Shown here: one piece after another, positions 1-13,509 of the stretch
Layout of the letters: each line of letters opens with the position of its first letter
How positions within the stretch are numbered: position 1 is the first letter of the stretch
Assembly: GCA_043228905.1 (NCBI GenBank)
Contig: JBHGNT010000016.1
Span: 13,950,001-14,014,000, forward strand
DNA length: 64,000 nucleotides
Source: Azolla caroliniana
Lineage: Eukaryota > Plantae > Polypodiophyta
Direction of reading: 5' to 3'
The notes under the pieces: model-generated
The model's database searches: none
The model's input: the letters and a program-made list of their open reading frames with translations, nothing else
What the model was told of the DNA's origin: nothing
Made by a program: the position numbers and the translations under genes

Positions 1-878
1 CATAATACGTCAATGCTGAATTTCTAAATGGCAACATAACTGCAAACCTTCCATAAATAAGTCTTCACAAGAGCAATTGATATACCTATCTCTTGTCAGG
101 AGAACAAGGGCAGTATAGACAAAGTTCACAAAAAATGATGGATTTACAATCTATATAGTCGATTGAGATCAAGAGACTGCAATACATATACATCTTCATC
201 AACATACACATATATCATTCAAATTCCACATTTGGGTAAGTAACACATACACAAGAAACCATCTTTAACGCTTAAGCATAAGAAATGCTTCAATTGTTCT
301 GATGTACTTCATATTATAATCGAAAAAGGAACCAAGAACTCTTGGCATTAACAAATCCCTTCAGCTGCATTGAGATTTACATGTTACCACAAACTGTCCA
401 TAATTTCCTGCATGGAACGTCTTGGTAAGCACAATTACATTATCGTGTCATTTTGAACAGCCTGGTTTTTTTTGTTCTTTTTAGAAAAACAGGGTCGTAA
501 ATTCTCTGTTTTGTGTTCTTTATCCAACTCCCTTCTGCAAGATATACTGCCTTAAAAACCGCATGGTGTATACTTTAGGTGGAATTTGACATACTAGAAT
601 AGTTTGTACCTGTAACTAGAGAGTTACATGATAATTTGCTGATATATCCTCCTATTACATGCAGCACAAATACCTGCTTTGCCAGCCATGTTCTCATAAG
701 GAAGTTTCTTCTCCAGATGGACATTATGCTCATGTTTTAACAAGGCTTTATCCCAATATAAAAATCTATCCTTATTCTTCCAAAACCCGAAAACCCCTAC
801 CTTGACATTTTTGTTTCGAACCACAACTAGATGAATTCTAGTTTTCGTTGAACAAATCTCGATGCATAGACCTCCTCT

Positions 879-3800
879 TCATCTTCTTCGTGGATAACCC
901 GCCACTGGTGGCCGTCTCTGACGAGAATTCGCCATCCTTGAACCTTCCCAATCAGCCTTATGTACACTGCCTCCTCTACTTAATACTGTCATTGACGATG
1001 ACCAATTTGTCTGTTGTGCTGCTATATCATCTTCTTCACGATCATTATATTCTAGAACTCGTCTCTTGATATCTTGCTTCTCCTGTAGCTCTGCTGCCTC
1101 TTTCTGCTTTGTACTCTGAACAAGCGAAGAATCCCGCGGTATGTGAAGCTGTCTTGTTTGCTGTTTATTGCCTTTCTTAACAAGGACTCGGAAAGCCACA
1201 TTATTGCCACCATCTAGCTCATCTGCTATCTCATCTCCACTCTCTATATCTGTTATATTTCGGTTAATATGCTCTTTCGAGCTTTCAAACAAATTCATCG
1301 GAATCACCATGTTTAATGTGGGGCGTGATCGGATTTCAAGCTTCCTAGAATCAATGCTTTCCTGCATAACAGCTCGCAGCTCACGTTCAAATTCAGCTTC
1401 TTCTACAGGATCGATTTCTGCTGCTTTTTTCTGCTTTACTTTTACTTGATCTTCCTCATCAGAACCTGAGGCATCCCCTCTACCCTCTTCTTCTTCCTCC
1501 TCACCTTCATCATCATGTTCGTGATACTTATCTTCATCCAAGTCATCTTCCTCATCTTGCCCACCATCGCCATCACTGCTACCACTCTCAGAATCACTTT
1601 CTCCTCTAATTATTCCATCACCATTCTGTCTTTCCATTATCCCATTTCCCAATTCATTTTTCTGATCTGATTGGCTGGTTCCATTGGTGGAACTAGTTGT
1701 ATTTCCATAAGAAATATCTCCACTTACAGCTGGATCTTGGGCAATATTCCAAGTCACACCACTTTTTGACTTGTTATACTTCAATTCTTGCTCCTCCATG
1801 TCAATTATGGCAGCGGTCACCTCTTCAAAGGAAGTGTACCGTATCATTTTGGGTCGTAATTTTGCGAAAAGATCCTGAAGTATAATCCTTGAGATGAATT
1901 GAACAAAGAGAATACACACTAGGACATGCAATCAAAACATGTGAATTTTGAAGGCATACATACCTGAAGATCAAACTCAACATCTAAAGGAATCAAGCCT
2001 TTGCTCAGGAGATATCTTTGGAAGTAGATCATGAAGCGATCTAACCTTCGTTTGGATGACCCTCTGTCAAAGAAATGCCCACAAGTCTCCAGTAACACAA
2101 TGACCATCCGCATGCGAAAGCAATCTTCTGGTGGATCCAGCACATCTTGCTGTGACAATCATATTCACAATCATACATATAAAGACCTGGTTGCTTTAAG
2201 GTAATTTTGTTTCAGAACTGTTCAATCTCACCTCAGGTGTTCCATATCCAAAGTGTAGAATTAGGTAAAGAGTATCAAAAATGGCCCATGAATCAATCAA
2301 GCGGAAGTTATAGAGCTCTCCTAAAAAACGCATATGTGCAATGCGTTTCTGTTGCATTCCATACTCGTTTTGTTCAAGACCCACTCGTATTTGTTCCAAT
2401 ACCTGAAATTAAACCAGTAGATTGCTAAGACAGAAAATGTTGATCATTTGCAAATATTCAATTATTAAAGGATATGATTGAATACTTTGTAGAGCATGAT
2501 CTGTATTCATGAATTATCATCTGCTTGATCAATGCTAGAAATAACGCATCAAAGAATGCTAAAAGCAAAGAACATTGATGCCAAAGACATATCCATTTAA
2601 TACATTTCTCAGTTTTGGCTTTTATAGATATTCATATGTATGCGCTGCAGTGTTCTTATAGCTTTAGGGTTTCATAGGCCATTGGCCTCTTTATAAAACT
2701 TCGGTATATTTTTAAAATGCCTCTCCCCTTATCAGATTTTTGTGCTTATTTCACCTTAGTATCCCCTCTCCCAACTGAACTTTGGAAACAAGATTTCGTT
2801 TTTCTGAGTTTTTCTTTCTCATTAGAAAGGTGTTTAAATAAGATACCTCATCCACTACTCCGATGGAGAAGGCCTCATGATAGCGACTTAGACATGCAGT
2901 CAAAGACGCAATTAGATGCACTTGGCTGTATTTCCCCTTGTGAACTTTCATGAAACAATTCAAAAGATAACGTTCACATTCACTCCAAGGAAGTTTGCGC
3001 AGCTGCTTTAATACATGATCAAAGGACGGCTCATCTAAGTCAGCAAAAAGAAGCTTCCGAATGTACTGCAATGACAAAGAGACCAACATGAAAAGATGTT
3101 TAATTAAAGAAAAAGCATCACAATGTTTGACCATAAGTTCGACTTTGAAACTACAGCATACCTGATGCAGCGGTGGACGAACTTTAGCAATTCTTGCCGA
3201 CCTCTCCGGTGGCTTGCATTGGTAGTATGCATTTTCAACCATGGTGCTATGCCGCACATCCAAATTCTTCACATTCTTCAGCCGCATAATGATGTCAAGC
3301 ATATTTCCCATTCTAACAGTTGTGTCTGGCGATCGGTAAAGGAAACGGCCACATGTCTCAAGAAGATTGCAGGCAACATCAATGTTATGATGACTAAAAT
3401 CATCAAGGCAACACTGCATCATAAAATTGTTAAAATAGTAAATCTTCCCTCCAAAACATAAGCATTAATGTATCTATGCATATAAATATGTGTGTGAGTA
3501 TTCATACACACACACACACACACACATATGAAGGTGACCATTCTAACATGAAATATCAGTAACCTTAAGGCAGCTAAACACAAGTCCTGGTTGTGCTATT
3601 TTGAATTTGGCCAGTTCTCCAATAAACCTTATATTTTTTATTTTCGTCTCTATATTCATTTGATCCTGTTGACAGCCACAAGAGTTTGTAAGAGTTGCAT
3701 CCAAAGAACATGCAGATAGACTGTTTTTCTCTCAAGCTGTATTACCTTCTTATTGATAAGAAAATTGAACTCTTCTTCTAAAAGCTGTAAGAGAGCCGGT

Positions 3801-5096
3801 GCGATATCTTTCATACAACTCGATAAAGTTGCTACCATTCTCGAGTAGTATGGAAGTAATTCCAAGGATGTGCGTGGAACACTGAAGAGCCCTCTCACAA
3901 GTTTTTTCCTGTTGCTCTTGGAATTGACATAGCAAAAGTCAACCTGCCATGTACCGTACACAGATACAAGAAGATCATTAGGTTGGATAAATTTCACAAG
4001 TGTTCATTTCACATCTATAATTATGTATACTTAGGCTCCTCTGTTTAAAGAAACTCCTAACTATATTGATAGAATCGAGACATTGGATTGAGAAAGAATG
4101 ATTGATTAAAAAATAACATTTTGTGCAACCATAGGTGAAATTTCAAAACAAACTTATATCATAGAATTAAGATTCGTCAAAGGTCATCATCAAGAAATTA
4201 TATGGTGACACGTTGGGTGTAAGAACTCTAGTGACTTGAAAAATGAAAGAAATTTAAGTCTTTTTCAATATGTTTAGCTCTGTGTGTATTAAAACTGAAA
4301 GTCTGATAGAATACCCTACAACGGGAAATGTGAGCATTGGACAATACCAATCAGTATATACGACTTCTGTGGGCTCACTACCTTTGTCATGAATCCTGTT
4401 GATTCAGTGAATCAGACAGAGAAATCCTCACCAATATATATATGACTTCTTCTATAAGCCTAACTTCTCTGATCCCACAACCTTCATCATGGCAATCTAC
4501 AATGGCCTACTGCAAGAAAGTCAGCTGTGAAGTATCGCACCATGTTCTATTTAAATTAGAACCCCATGGTTTCCATAAACAGAAATGATGCTCTTGGCTC
4601 AAAGAAATTGCCTGTATTGTAAGAGACCCTATCAAAATCCATACACATACGATTCCAAAATCTGTTTATGAAAAATGACATTTCCTATATAGGAAACATC
4701 ATGACTATAGTGTTAAATGTAAGGAAACCAGGAGGCTGTTAGTTATTGAAGACTGAATGAAAGTGGATCGATCACAAAGATGAGCCATCTGAATGGAAAA
4801 AACTAGTCAACACAATAACATTCACCTGCATACATTCATAGGAAACCAGCAACATCCATTGGACATTGGAAAAAGAGGGAAGTTCCCAATGGGAATCAAG
4901 ATGTTTTAACCAAGATCTTAATGTTTTCTACAAGTATTCATGTTTAGTTTTGAGTTTTGAGTTGAAAATAATGAAAAAGAGTTTGAACTGTAGAGCCGAA
5001 CTTCATCTTCATTAATCAACAAATAAAGGAAATACAAATATAAATGTTAAGCTCGCCTACAACTGACTTTAAAAAAGAAAAATAAATAAATAAATA

Positions 5097-5131
<35 letters not shown>

Positions 5132-8100
5132 CAGAAGGATATTTCTATTTGGTTTTCTATCTAATATGTCACAGGTCTCATGATGCAAAATAATTACCAA
5201 TCCCCTTTGCTCCTTTCCTGCAATTCTACATGTTTGCTTAATGATTTCAAAGAGACATCAAGAAGATTACTCTTCAATGGGATCCATGGATTCATATATG
5301 AGTCCAAAGATGACCACATGTAAGGCACAATACATGATGGATTCTAACATTCAACATTGTAAACTTAACTTGGATTGAAAATATTTCATCAGTATGGCTC
5401 GCACAACTTTGTTTATCATCTTTTAAAAACAAGGCAAATGGAATGTGCTGAATTGCAAGAGGACAGCTGATATTACTAAAAAACGTTTATGGTGTTGTAA
5501 TAATATTAGGTCCCGGAAAGTAGCCATATAATGTAAGCACATAGTTCCTTAACTTTTCATTCAAACATATCCATGCTTCCTCAACAAAAACTTGAGCCCA
5601 TAGCATGGACCATCATGGAACTCCCAATTGTCCTTATTTGGTTAGTTCGTCTTGAAACTTTCAAGGGGTATTTGGTTTTAATTCTTATTACAGCAGATTT
5701 GCTGACATAGATTGTTGCCAGTGTACATGAGTGGTTTTGACTTTGATAAATCAAATATTTCCTCACGTACCTCAACATGAACAAGAGAATTAGTCATAGT
5801 ATGAGAAGAGTTTCAGCTCCTACATATGTCACTTGTTCTATTGGTCTTGGATCTCATTGCTCTTTCTCTTACAAGTTAAAACTAATGATAATAATCCTTA
5901 AACAAATCCCATTTGTATTTTCACTAATCCATACTCCAATGGAGCTACCTTCCTCATATTGGTTTCTTTTTTCTGTCCCAGGGTCATCGAGGTTCAACGG
6001 GCCTTGGTAAGGAGCAAGAACTAGTTTTAAATATTCCACCACAGTCATGGCATAATACATGAGAAACAAAATGCTATTGATGTAAGTACTTACTGTTAGT
6101 TGGTCAATTAAATCTCGACTAACACATCCTGGAAGTCTTTGGAAAAAGCTATCCAGATTTGTGCCTTCATGCCCTTTCACTTTCTCCTTATCACTCTCTT
6201 TGTCGGCCTTTTTTTCAACATCCTTTTCTTTTTCTTTTCCTTTGTCCCCTTCCTTGATTAGCTCCTTCTCAGAATCCTTTTCCTTAGATTTATCCTCAGA
6301 CATTGAAGAGTCACCATCAGGCTCTTTATCATCATGTTCTACTGATCCTCCCTCATTTTCATTTGGACTAATTGCCCCAGCTTTTGGTGAAACACTATCG
6401 ATTCGGATATCCTGCAAATAATTGATATAGCTTTTTGAATGATTATAGTTATCCATCTTGTTCAAAGTTCAAACATGAGAATAATACCGGGTGATTTGCA
6501 TAAACAGAAGGTCGCAAACATGTTTGGAAAATATATTAACAACTTCAGACGCTACCTGTTGATCAGAAACTTTGCCCTGGTCCCCATTTTTTGTTTCAGA
6601 TTCACCTAGAAGCACTGCTGGTACAAATGCCCTATGTCATATATCAACATAATTTCTTTATTAGCGTAATTATTTAATTAGAGGAATGGATGCATATTAA
6701 TGGTCTCTACATCCTGAAACTGTGCCCACAATTTGTATCTGACAGATGCAGGATGACATAGATGGAAAGGCCATCCAAATGAGTTACGAAAATATAATTT
6801 GTAAAGTCGCTTTTAGACATGCTGTCAGGACAGGATTTGTGGATGTTCTTACGAACATTGCACCCAATAATTTGATGGAAGACAAAGATCATGCATGATG
6901 CATTACAGAAATGGAAAAATTATAAATAAAATGACAACCTTAGATCTGGTAAACTCTCATAAAATGATTTTGTATCCTCGTCATCCCAAATGGATTCAGG
7001 CATTGAGCTGTCCTTTCCAGTTGATGCTGATGCATTCTCATCACCTGTACCAATTCTTGTTGTATTACCATCTTCTGGCATAACTGGAGGTTGTAAATCA
7101 ATTGCCTCCGCAAAGCTGTTCAAGTTGCCGTTTCACATTTGTTTCAATATAATTAATAACCGTTATAGAAAGAACAAAACAAGACATTTTGTACTGATTT
7201 GAGGAAAAACAATTGTAGACGTGACCATAAAACTAAACACACTAATAATTCATGAAAACTAACAGACATTAGCAAAAGTTGCAAGAACAAAATGCCATAA
7301 AACCAGAATATTCATGAAAACTAACAGACATTAGCAAAAGTTGAAAGAACAAAATGCCATTAAGCCAGAATATTCTTTTACATTTTAAATGAGGGCTTGT
7401 TATATGTCCTAGCATATTTATCCCTGCACCCTTTTGATAATCTCCGGTTATTAAAATTAGGAATGCATACATTCAACAATAATAAAATGCTCTGTAAAAA
7501 TGACCATAGCTCTTGCTTCAAAATAGAGTGACTTCTTGAAAATAGAGGAAATGAAATGAAATGTTATAATAACTTCCTGAAAAGGTCAAAATACCTACAA
7601 GAGACGAAAGTTATATTTGTGAATCTTATACAATGTCGGGGAAAATAAACTAAGATAAAAACTGCACCTAAACTAGCTAGCTATACATTTTAACTAGGCT
7701 ACCATCAAATAGAGTGTGAGATGACTTACGAAGACACACTTCGAAATAGATGCTCATAAGATTTCCTTAGTTTCTCATATGCTGATGCATTTTCTTCAGT
7801 AAGTTCACCTTTTGCGTTCAGCATGCGCATATTTTCATGTTCCATCTGCCTAAGGGACTTTTATAGCACATTGAATCAGTGTCAGTGAGCCTTCTCCAAG
7901 AACCATAATATAGCATATAAATTAAGTAAATGCAAGAGAAAATTACTGAATGTTCAGAATGTAGAAGCTCGGTCACAGAATCATAGAATGATTGAAATAT
8001 TTTCCTCAAATGTTTTTTATGTTCTGGAGTAATAGTGAGCTCCCTGTAAAGCTGGGGAACAAGGTCAAAAACATGTCAATAAATGTCTTGCTACTTCATT

Positions 8101-10974
8101 AATTAAAGACCAAATAAGCAGAGTAAATCACCTCCTCTTGAGCATCATGCCCTGAGAGCGGAAGACCAAGAAACACTCTTCCTTGACGAGCAAAGCTGAC
8201 TAATAATGAAAGATTGGTTTGTACAGTATCCCTATCACGAAGATGCTCCGCGTGGGAGAGATCTTTAACAATGCTGACAAAGACACCAACATCCTCAATG
8301 ACACCACAAACATAAAGCTCCATGAGAAGCTTTAATGTGCTGCGCTTCTTCATTGCCCGAGAGCTTCTATCAGCCTCAGGATCTTCAACAGATTTTCCAG
8401 GGGAAAATGCCTTTAAGAGGCCTTGTAGTAATGTAGGGGCAAAGTCCTTATATCTCTGGTGAAGTAAGGAGCACACCTGCAATTGGAGTTTTAAATCAGA
8501 CCAAGAACACACAAGCAAAGCATCATAATGAAGGTAATTAGAAATATGAGGACTAAGACAACCTGAACTGCAGCATTAATATCAGACGTTTTCAGTTTCG
8601 CTTCACAAATGGCCGCCACAGCTTCACTGACAAATTTACTCAAATTCACTGCCTTCAACTCTTCTAATAGGCCTTCTTTCTGCTCCTCATTGATTTGTTT
8701 CAGTTTCTTAATGACAGCTGTATTTCGTTTTATGCTTGAATCAAGTGTCCTCAGGAAGTTTGTATCTACGACAAAATATACATTTTGAAAAATGATGTTA
8801 ACACAACATTCCAGAAACGCATGCCACAAGCAGCTTCTAACATAGATAAGAAATGTGATTCTTCCATGACTTTTGTAAAGATGAACAATTAGATAGAAAC
8901 TTATCCATTGCTACCTATTTCTTATGCACAGACATGCAGTTCAGATTAGCTCAAACAAATCCAATAGTGCAGATTATTACCATCTCTAAAAGGCCGCATA
9001 AAATTATGGAACTAAAATTTTACTATATTGAACCTGAGTTGTTAAAAAATAAGATAAAAGAAACATGTTAATTTATTCATGAAACCAAGTCCTCATTGAC
9101 AAAGAGTCAGGAATGCTGTTTCTAATTTCCTTGCCATGTGATTGAAAAAATCAGCGCTACACACCGAAACGAATTTGCTTCCCTTAATACAAAAAGTAGA
9201 AACTTGTAAATGAATGATCATTGGGAAAAAACTAAGTAAATAAAAGTGCTGAAAAACAAGCATAAAAGCTCATTGTCAACCTATATCTGTAACGATCACT
9301 TTTTGATTGCCCAACTCATTTCAGTCCTCTTATGCTCTCTTCTAGATATTGTTTTAACATTCTTAAGAGTACGCGTTTAAACATGTGTAACAAGAAAAAC
9401 CCTCAAAAGAATTGAAAAAAGAACTGTATTCAAGGTCATGAACGAGGTACATATGCAATCATCACCTCGTGCATACCTAGCTCAAGAAGTGAAAGCCCAT
9501 CAACATTATCATGCATAATTACTCACGTTATCAGCACCCCTAGATAGGTGCAAGCTCATAAATGAGCCCACAAAAGTGGTAGACAACCTGGATGAGCAGA
9601 AACAAAGAAAGAATACGCATGTAACAATGAAAAAGGAACGACCAACACTGACAATTTATACGTATATACATAAATATTTCTCTGAGTGTGTGCGTGTATA
9701 TATATAGATATAGATATAGATATATACACGCACACACACACAGAGGCATATCCTACAGATCTATGGCAATAAATAAAGCTAGAGGCATACCTTTTGCTAT
9801 TATGATACAAACATATGACTACAAATTATTTTGGTTTATCATTACACTAAGACTTGATTTCAGAATGAAGGAAAAAGAGCAATCAAAAACAAGGAAGAAA
9901 AACGTATTCATGCTACAATGAAGGTAATTGAATACCATACCAGGTCTATCTGGAGACAGATTAGATTGACGCAACATCCGCTTTGCCTCAGCTGCAAGTT
10001 TTTTCATTTCTTCCTGGTGGACCATTGCTAGCTGCAAAAAGTGAATCTAGCACAAGTCAAATGCAATAATAATCATATTGAATCAACAACTGATGAAGAA
10101 ATGTTTTGGTAGAAGAGATGGAGACCCTATGTAGGTCTACAATGCTTATTTTATTCACACTGCTCACAACAGAGACAGCAGGTTCTCTATTTCAAACAAT
10201 TTGCATATTTTTGGGTAAGTCTACCCCTTTCCCGCTGCCTGTCTTTCTCCTTCAACCATTCACACCACATTCTGTTCCCCCTCTACTCTTTATTAACCTC
10301 ACCAAAAGCCATGGTATTGCATAAGTTCGTACACTATCCCTCCTATCAGCACACCAAAAAATCACAAGCTTGGTGCTATTCCAAGAATTTAGATACATCT
10401 AACCTGAAAGCTCAGAAGTTCCAACGGCTGCATGATTCATAGAAATTGACTGTAAATATCTATTTCTCTATTTTACCTTAACATTTGATATATTTCTATT
10501 GAAACTATTCCCCTTACAGATATCTTCACCTAGCATGCTCACAAATCCAGCTTCCATTTTGGTGAATGATCGTATCCTCCCAGACATTATGTGATACATA
10601 AAATGATTGAGAAAAACTTCTCTCCTTAGATATCTTCTTGTGCTCTAAAACTTTCCTCGAACATCAGGTAGAAATACTTGTGAATGATGCTGCATATGTG
10701 AGATAAATCAATGTCTTCACTTGTGATATGAGAATTTTTCGAGCACAATAAGGCCTTCAAAATTTAGATATTTTTGTCAACTATCCTCCACTCACATAAT
10801 CCATCTTCCCACAAGCATTTCTCATGAAAAAAATATTTGCAAATAATAATGGCAAACAGTTTTCAAGAAATTGCTTACCTCATCTTCTTCTTTAATATGT
10901 TCTTCTTCTGTAGTAGATTCTGATGCTTTTCCATCAACGGGAGAGTGAAATCCCCTCTCTTTTTGTCCAGACAT
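879..10974 (-). CDS. UPF2: Regulator of nonsense transcripts UPF2 (MIF4G domains, acidic region, C-terminal UPF1-binding region); 16 coding exons, about 1220 aa
   Basis: Exons joined by GT-AG sites with consistent phase: 10974-10879, 10031-9941, 8765-8563, 8476-8132, 8051-7947, 7857-7730, 7115-6939, 6631-6556, 6411-6094, 3943-3746, 3665-3564, 3413-3162, 3065-2847, 2402-2232, 2149-1964, 1874-879. They sum to 3663 nt, an open frame ending in TGA. Recognised UPF2 motifs: LDSSIKRNTAVIKKLK, LPGCVSRDLIDQL, RTSLELLPYYSRMVATL, HHNIDVACNLLETCGRFL, DVLDPPEDCFRMRMV, KKGNKQQTR. Confidence 0.96.
7248..7372. repeat. Intronic tandem duplication, about 62 bp x2
   Basis: attcatgaaaactaacagacattagcaaaagttg...ccagaat occurs twice in tandem in UPF2 coding intron 6. 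Confidence 0.8.
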
Positions 10975-11494
10975 TCCTTTTTTACTGCAATTTTTTGAAC
11001 GCTTGAGACTCAGTTGAGGAAGTTTTCTTCACGATGAATTTGGTTGAACTTGTGTCGAAAAGGAAAGAAATTCTTGCAGGAAAGAAAGGGACTAATAAGA
11101 AGAATACGACAAAACAAAAAAGCTTGATAAAAAGACCTGCTTACTATATTGCTTTGAAGCAGGATTCTTCGCAGAAATCTGGCAAAGAGATAAAGAAAAG
11201 AGGGAAAAGAAGAAAGAATGAAGAATGAAGAATCTAAATTGTTTTTGGAGCGGATTTCGCGACAGAAATCGGACAAAAAGATGAACAAAAGAAGAAATAA
11301 AGAGGAAAAAAAGAGGGAAATAATAGAGAAAATTGGTTAGCTTCGCGAAATCCCATAGATTCCACTATTGCTTTGGATTCTGGAAGCAGGTTTCTTCGCC
11401 GAAATCAGGTAACACGATGAACAAAGGCGAGACATAGACGGAGAGAGAGAGAGAGGGAGAGAGGGAGAGAGGGAGAGAGAAATTTCTTACATAC

Positions 11495-11620
11495 CTGGCA
11501 AAGAAATCGTTCGACTCCGCGGAGAGAGAGAGAGAGAGAGAGAGAGAGCTTTTCTGTCGCTGAGAGGGGCTGAAGTAGAAGCAGAAGCAGAAGCGGAAGC
11601 GGAAGCGGGCACACAGACAA
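11495..11620 (-). other. Putative non-coding first exon (5' UTR) of UPF2, with a 5' UTR intron at 10985-11494
   Basis: CAG|GTATGT donor at 11494-11493, TTGCAG acceptor at 10986-10985 ten nt before the ATG, and CT-rich leader microsatellites typical of plant 5' UTRs. The upper bound is approximate. Confidence 0.6.
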
Positions 11621-11749
11621 GATTATGGAAATTTCCAAAACTACCCTCCTCTCACTTTTCTGAAATTATCCAAACAAATACCCCTTTTTCTAGTAAAGTT
11701 GTTTAGAGTCTAGACTACACATAAATTCAAGGCCTTGGGTAAGGTAATA

Positions 11750-13509
11750 AATAAATAAAAAGCACACATTAATTGTATGTAAATAAAATCCACTTGTTAC
11801 GCACTTCTTAGTTTCCGTTACCTTACCTGCCTATCCTATCGTATGTAAGGAGAGGTTCGTCTTGTAAGGCCACTAGGAAACCAGAATATGCACTTGGGGA
11901 AATGATCCCCGCATGCTCTGACATCCAAAAATTCCACATAAGAATTCATACCTTTCAACTTCTTCGTATAGCCTTTCACCCCATGTCTACTATCAAACAT
12001 GTAAGCATCCCGCATATTCCAATTGCGTTGTAGTCCCCAATATTGTAAAAATTGGAACAATATCTCCAGCTCATCATTTTGAACATACTGAGAAAAACGA
12101 TGATTGTTGAGGCCTCAAATAACAACGGGTTAAAACTTGCCAAATGTCCGATAAATACTTCCAAATGATACATGTTGTAGGACATTTAATGAACCTATGT
12201 GTATCGTCCTCCGATGGAATCGTGCAAAAGAAGCGTGTACTTGACCCTGGTTCTCTTCTTTTAAGGTTGAACCTAATGGGAACCCACCAATCATGACTCT
12301 CCATATGAATTCATTTGCACGGAATGGCAAATGGGAATGCCAACCACATTATAATACGTTGCCACCACCTTGCATTCAACTTACATACATTCCATATCTT
12401 TCATGCTTTAGGAGATAGCCAAGATAATGATGACATTGCATGATGATACAATATATTTGTAGTGATCTCTAACAACCATGTACCATCCTATAACGGTCAA
12501 TCCACCCAAGGTGCAACATTTTTTCTCAATGGCCAAGATCCATGCAACAATGATATATCTTGTAATTTCTCCCAAATAAATCCATAATTTGGGGGAATAC
12601 ATAACCATCGTTTGACATTTTCAAATTCGGACAACCTTTGAGATTCATTATCAACCATGTCTCCCAAACATACAACCCCCAATCGAAATAAATGATTGAA
12701 TTGAGATCTCAACTTCTCTTTTCCATCCAATACAACACTCGAGAAGAAATTTTGTAATGAATTACGAAATTCCCGTTCACTTGATGGTGCCCACTCAAAA
12801 AAAGATAATGCATCTTGCCATGACCGTACCAACTGTTGTTAGCATATAGAATGTTGAATCTTTAGAGGAATACATCCATTGAGTAATGGCCATCATGATG
12901 CTTGAATCTTTGTTTTTTCATGCATAAATCCTTTGTGCTCGATAAAATATTGCATCATAGATAGCCATGGTTGACCTTGTTGACAAATATCCCTCAATAA
13001 TGCAAATCTATGAGTCATCAAATGCATTTCCAATTCTAATATTGCCACACCACCTAAATGTTTGGAAGTAACCAAATAGTCCCATGAAATCCATGTAACT
13101 CTCATCGTTTCTCCCTTCCACCACAACATGAACCAAACATGTTGCAACAATATTTGTAATGCCTTCTTAGTCCAAGGAAGTAATGGCATTAAATATAATA
13201 ACATCAAGATACATTACACCACTTTGAGTCGTACATGAAAGGGCCATAATTAAGTCTTCCAATGCATAAATTTGTCCTTCAATTTATAACCCATCCAATC
13301 AATTAGTTGAACATTAACACCCAATGGATATCCCAAATGTCGATAAATTATTCCTCATGTAATAACTGACCCTTGCCATCCCAAACATTCCAAGTCATTC
13401 CCTGTACAAGAAATAAGGCAAGACTTCCTCAGATTTATATGCAACCCTAAAGCCAAGGCAATTGATCCCACACTTGCATACTCCTTTCAAGATTTTCTTT
13501 TGAGATGGT
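11750..13509 (-). mobile_element. Degenerate LINE (L1-like), 3' part of ORF2 plus 3' end
   Basis: Broken ORF2 fragments (GGVAIL, WRVMIGGFPLGSTLK zf-RVT-like region). Truncated at 13509 by a Gypsy LTR end. Confidence 0.8.
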
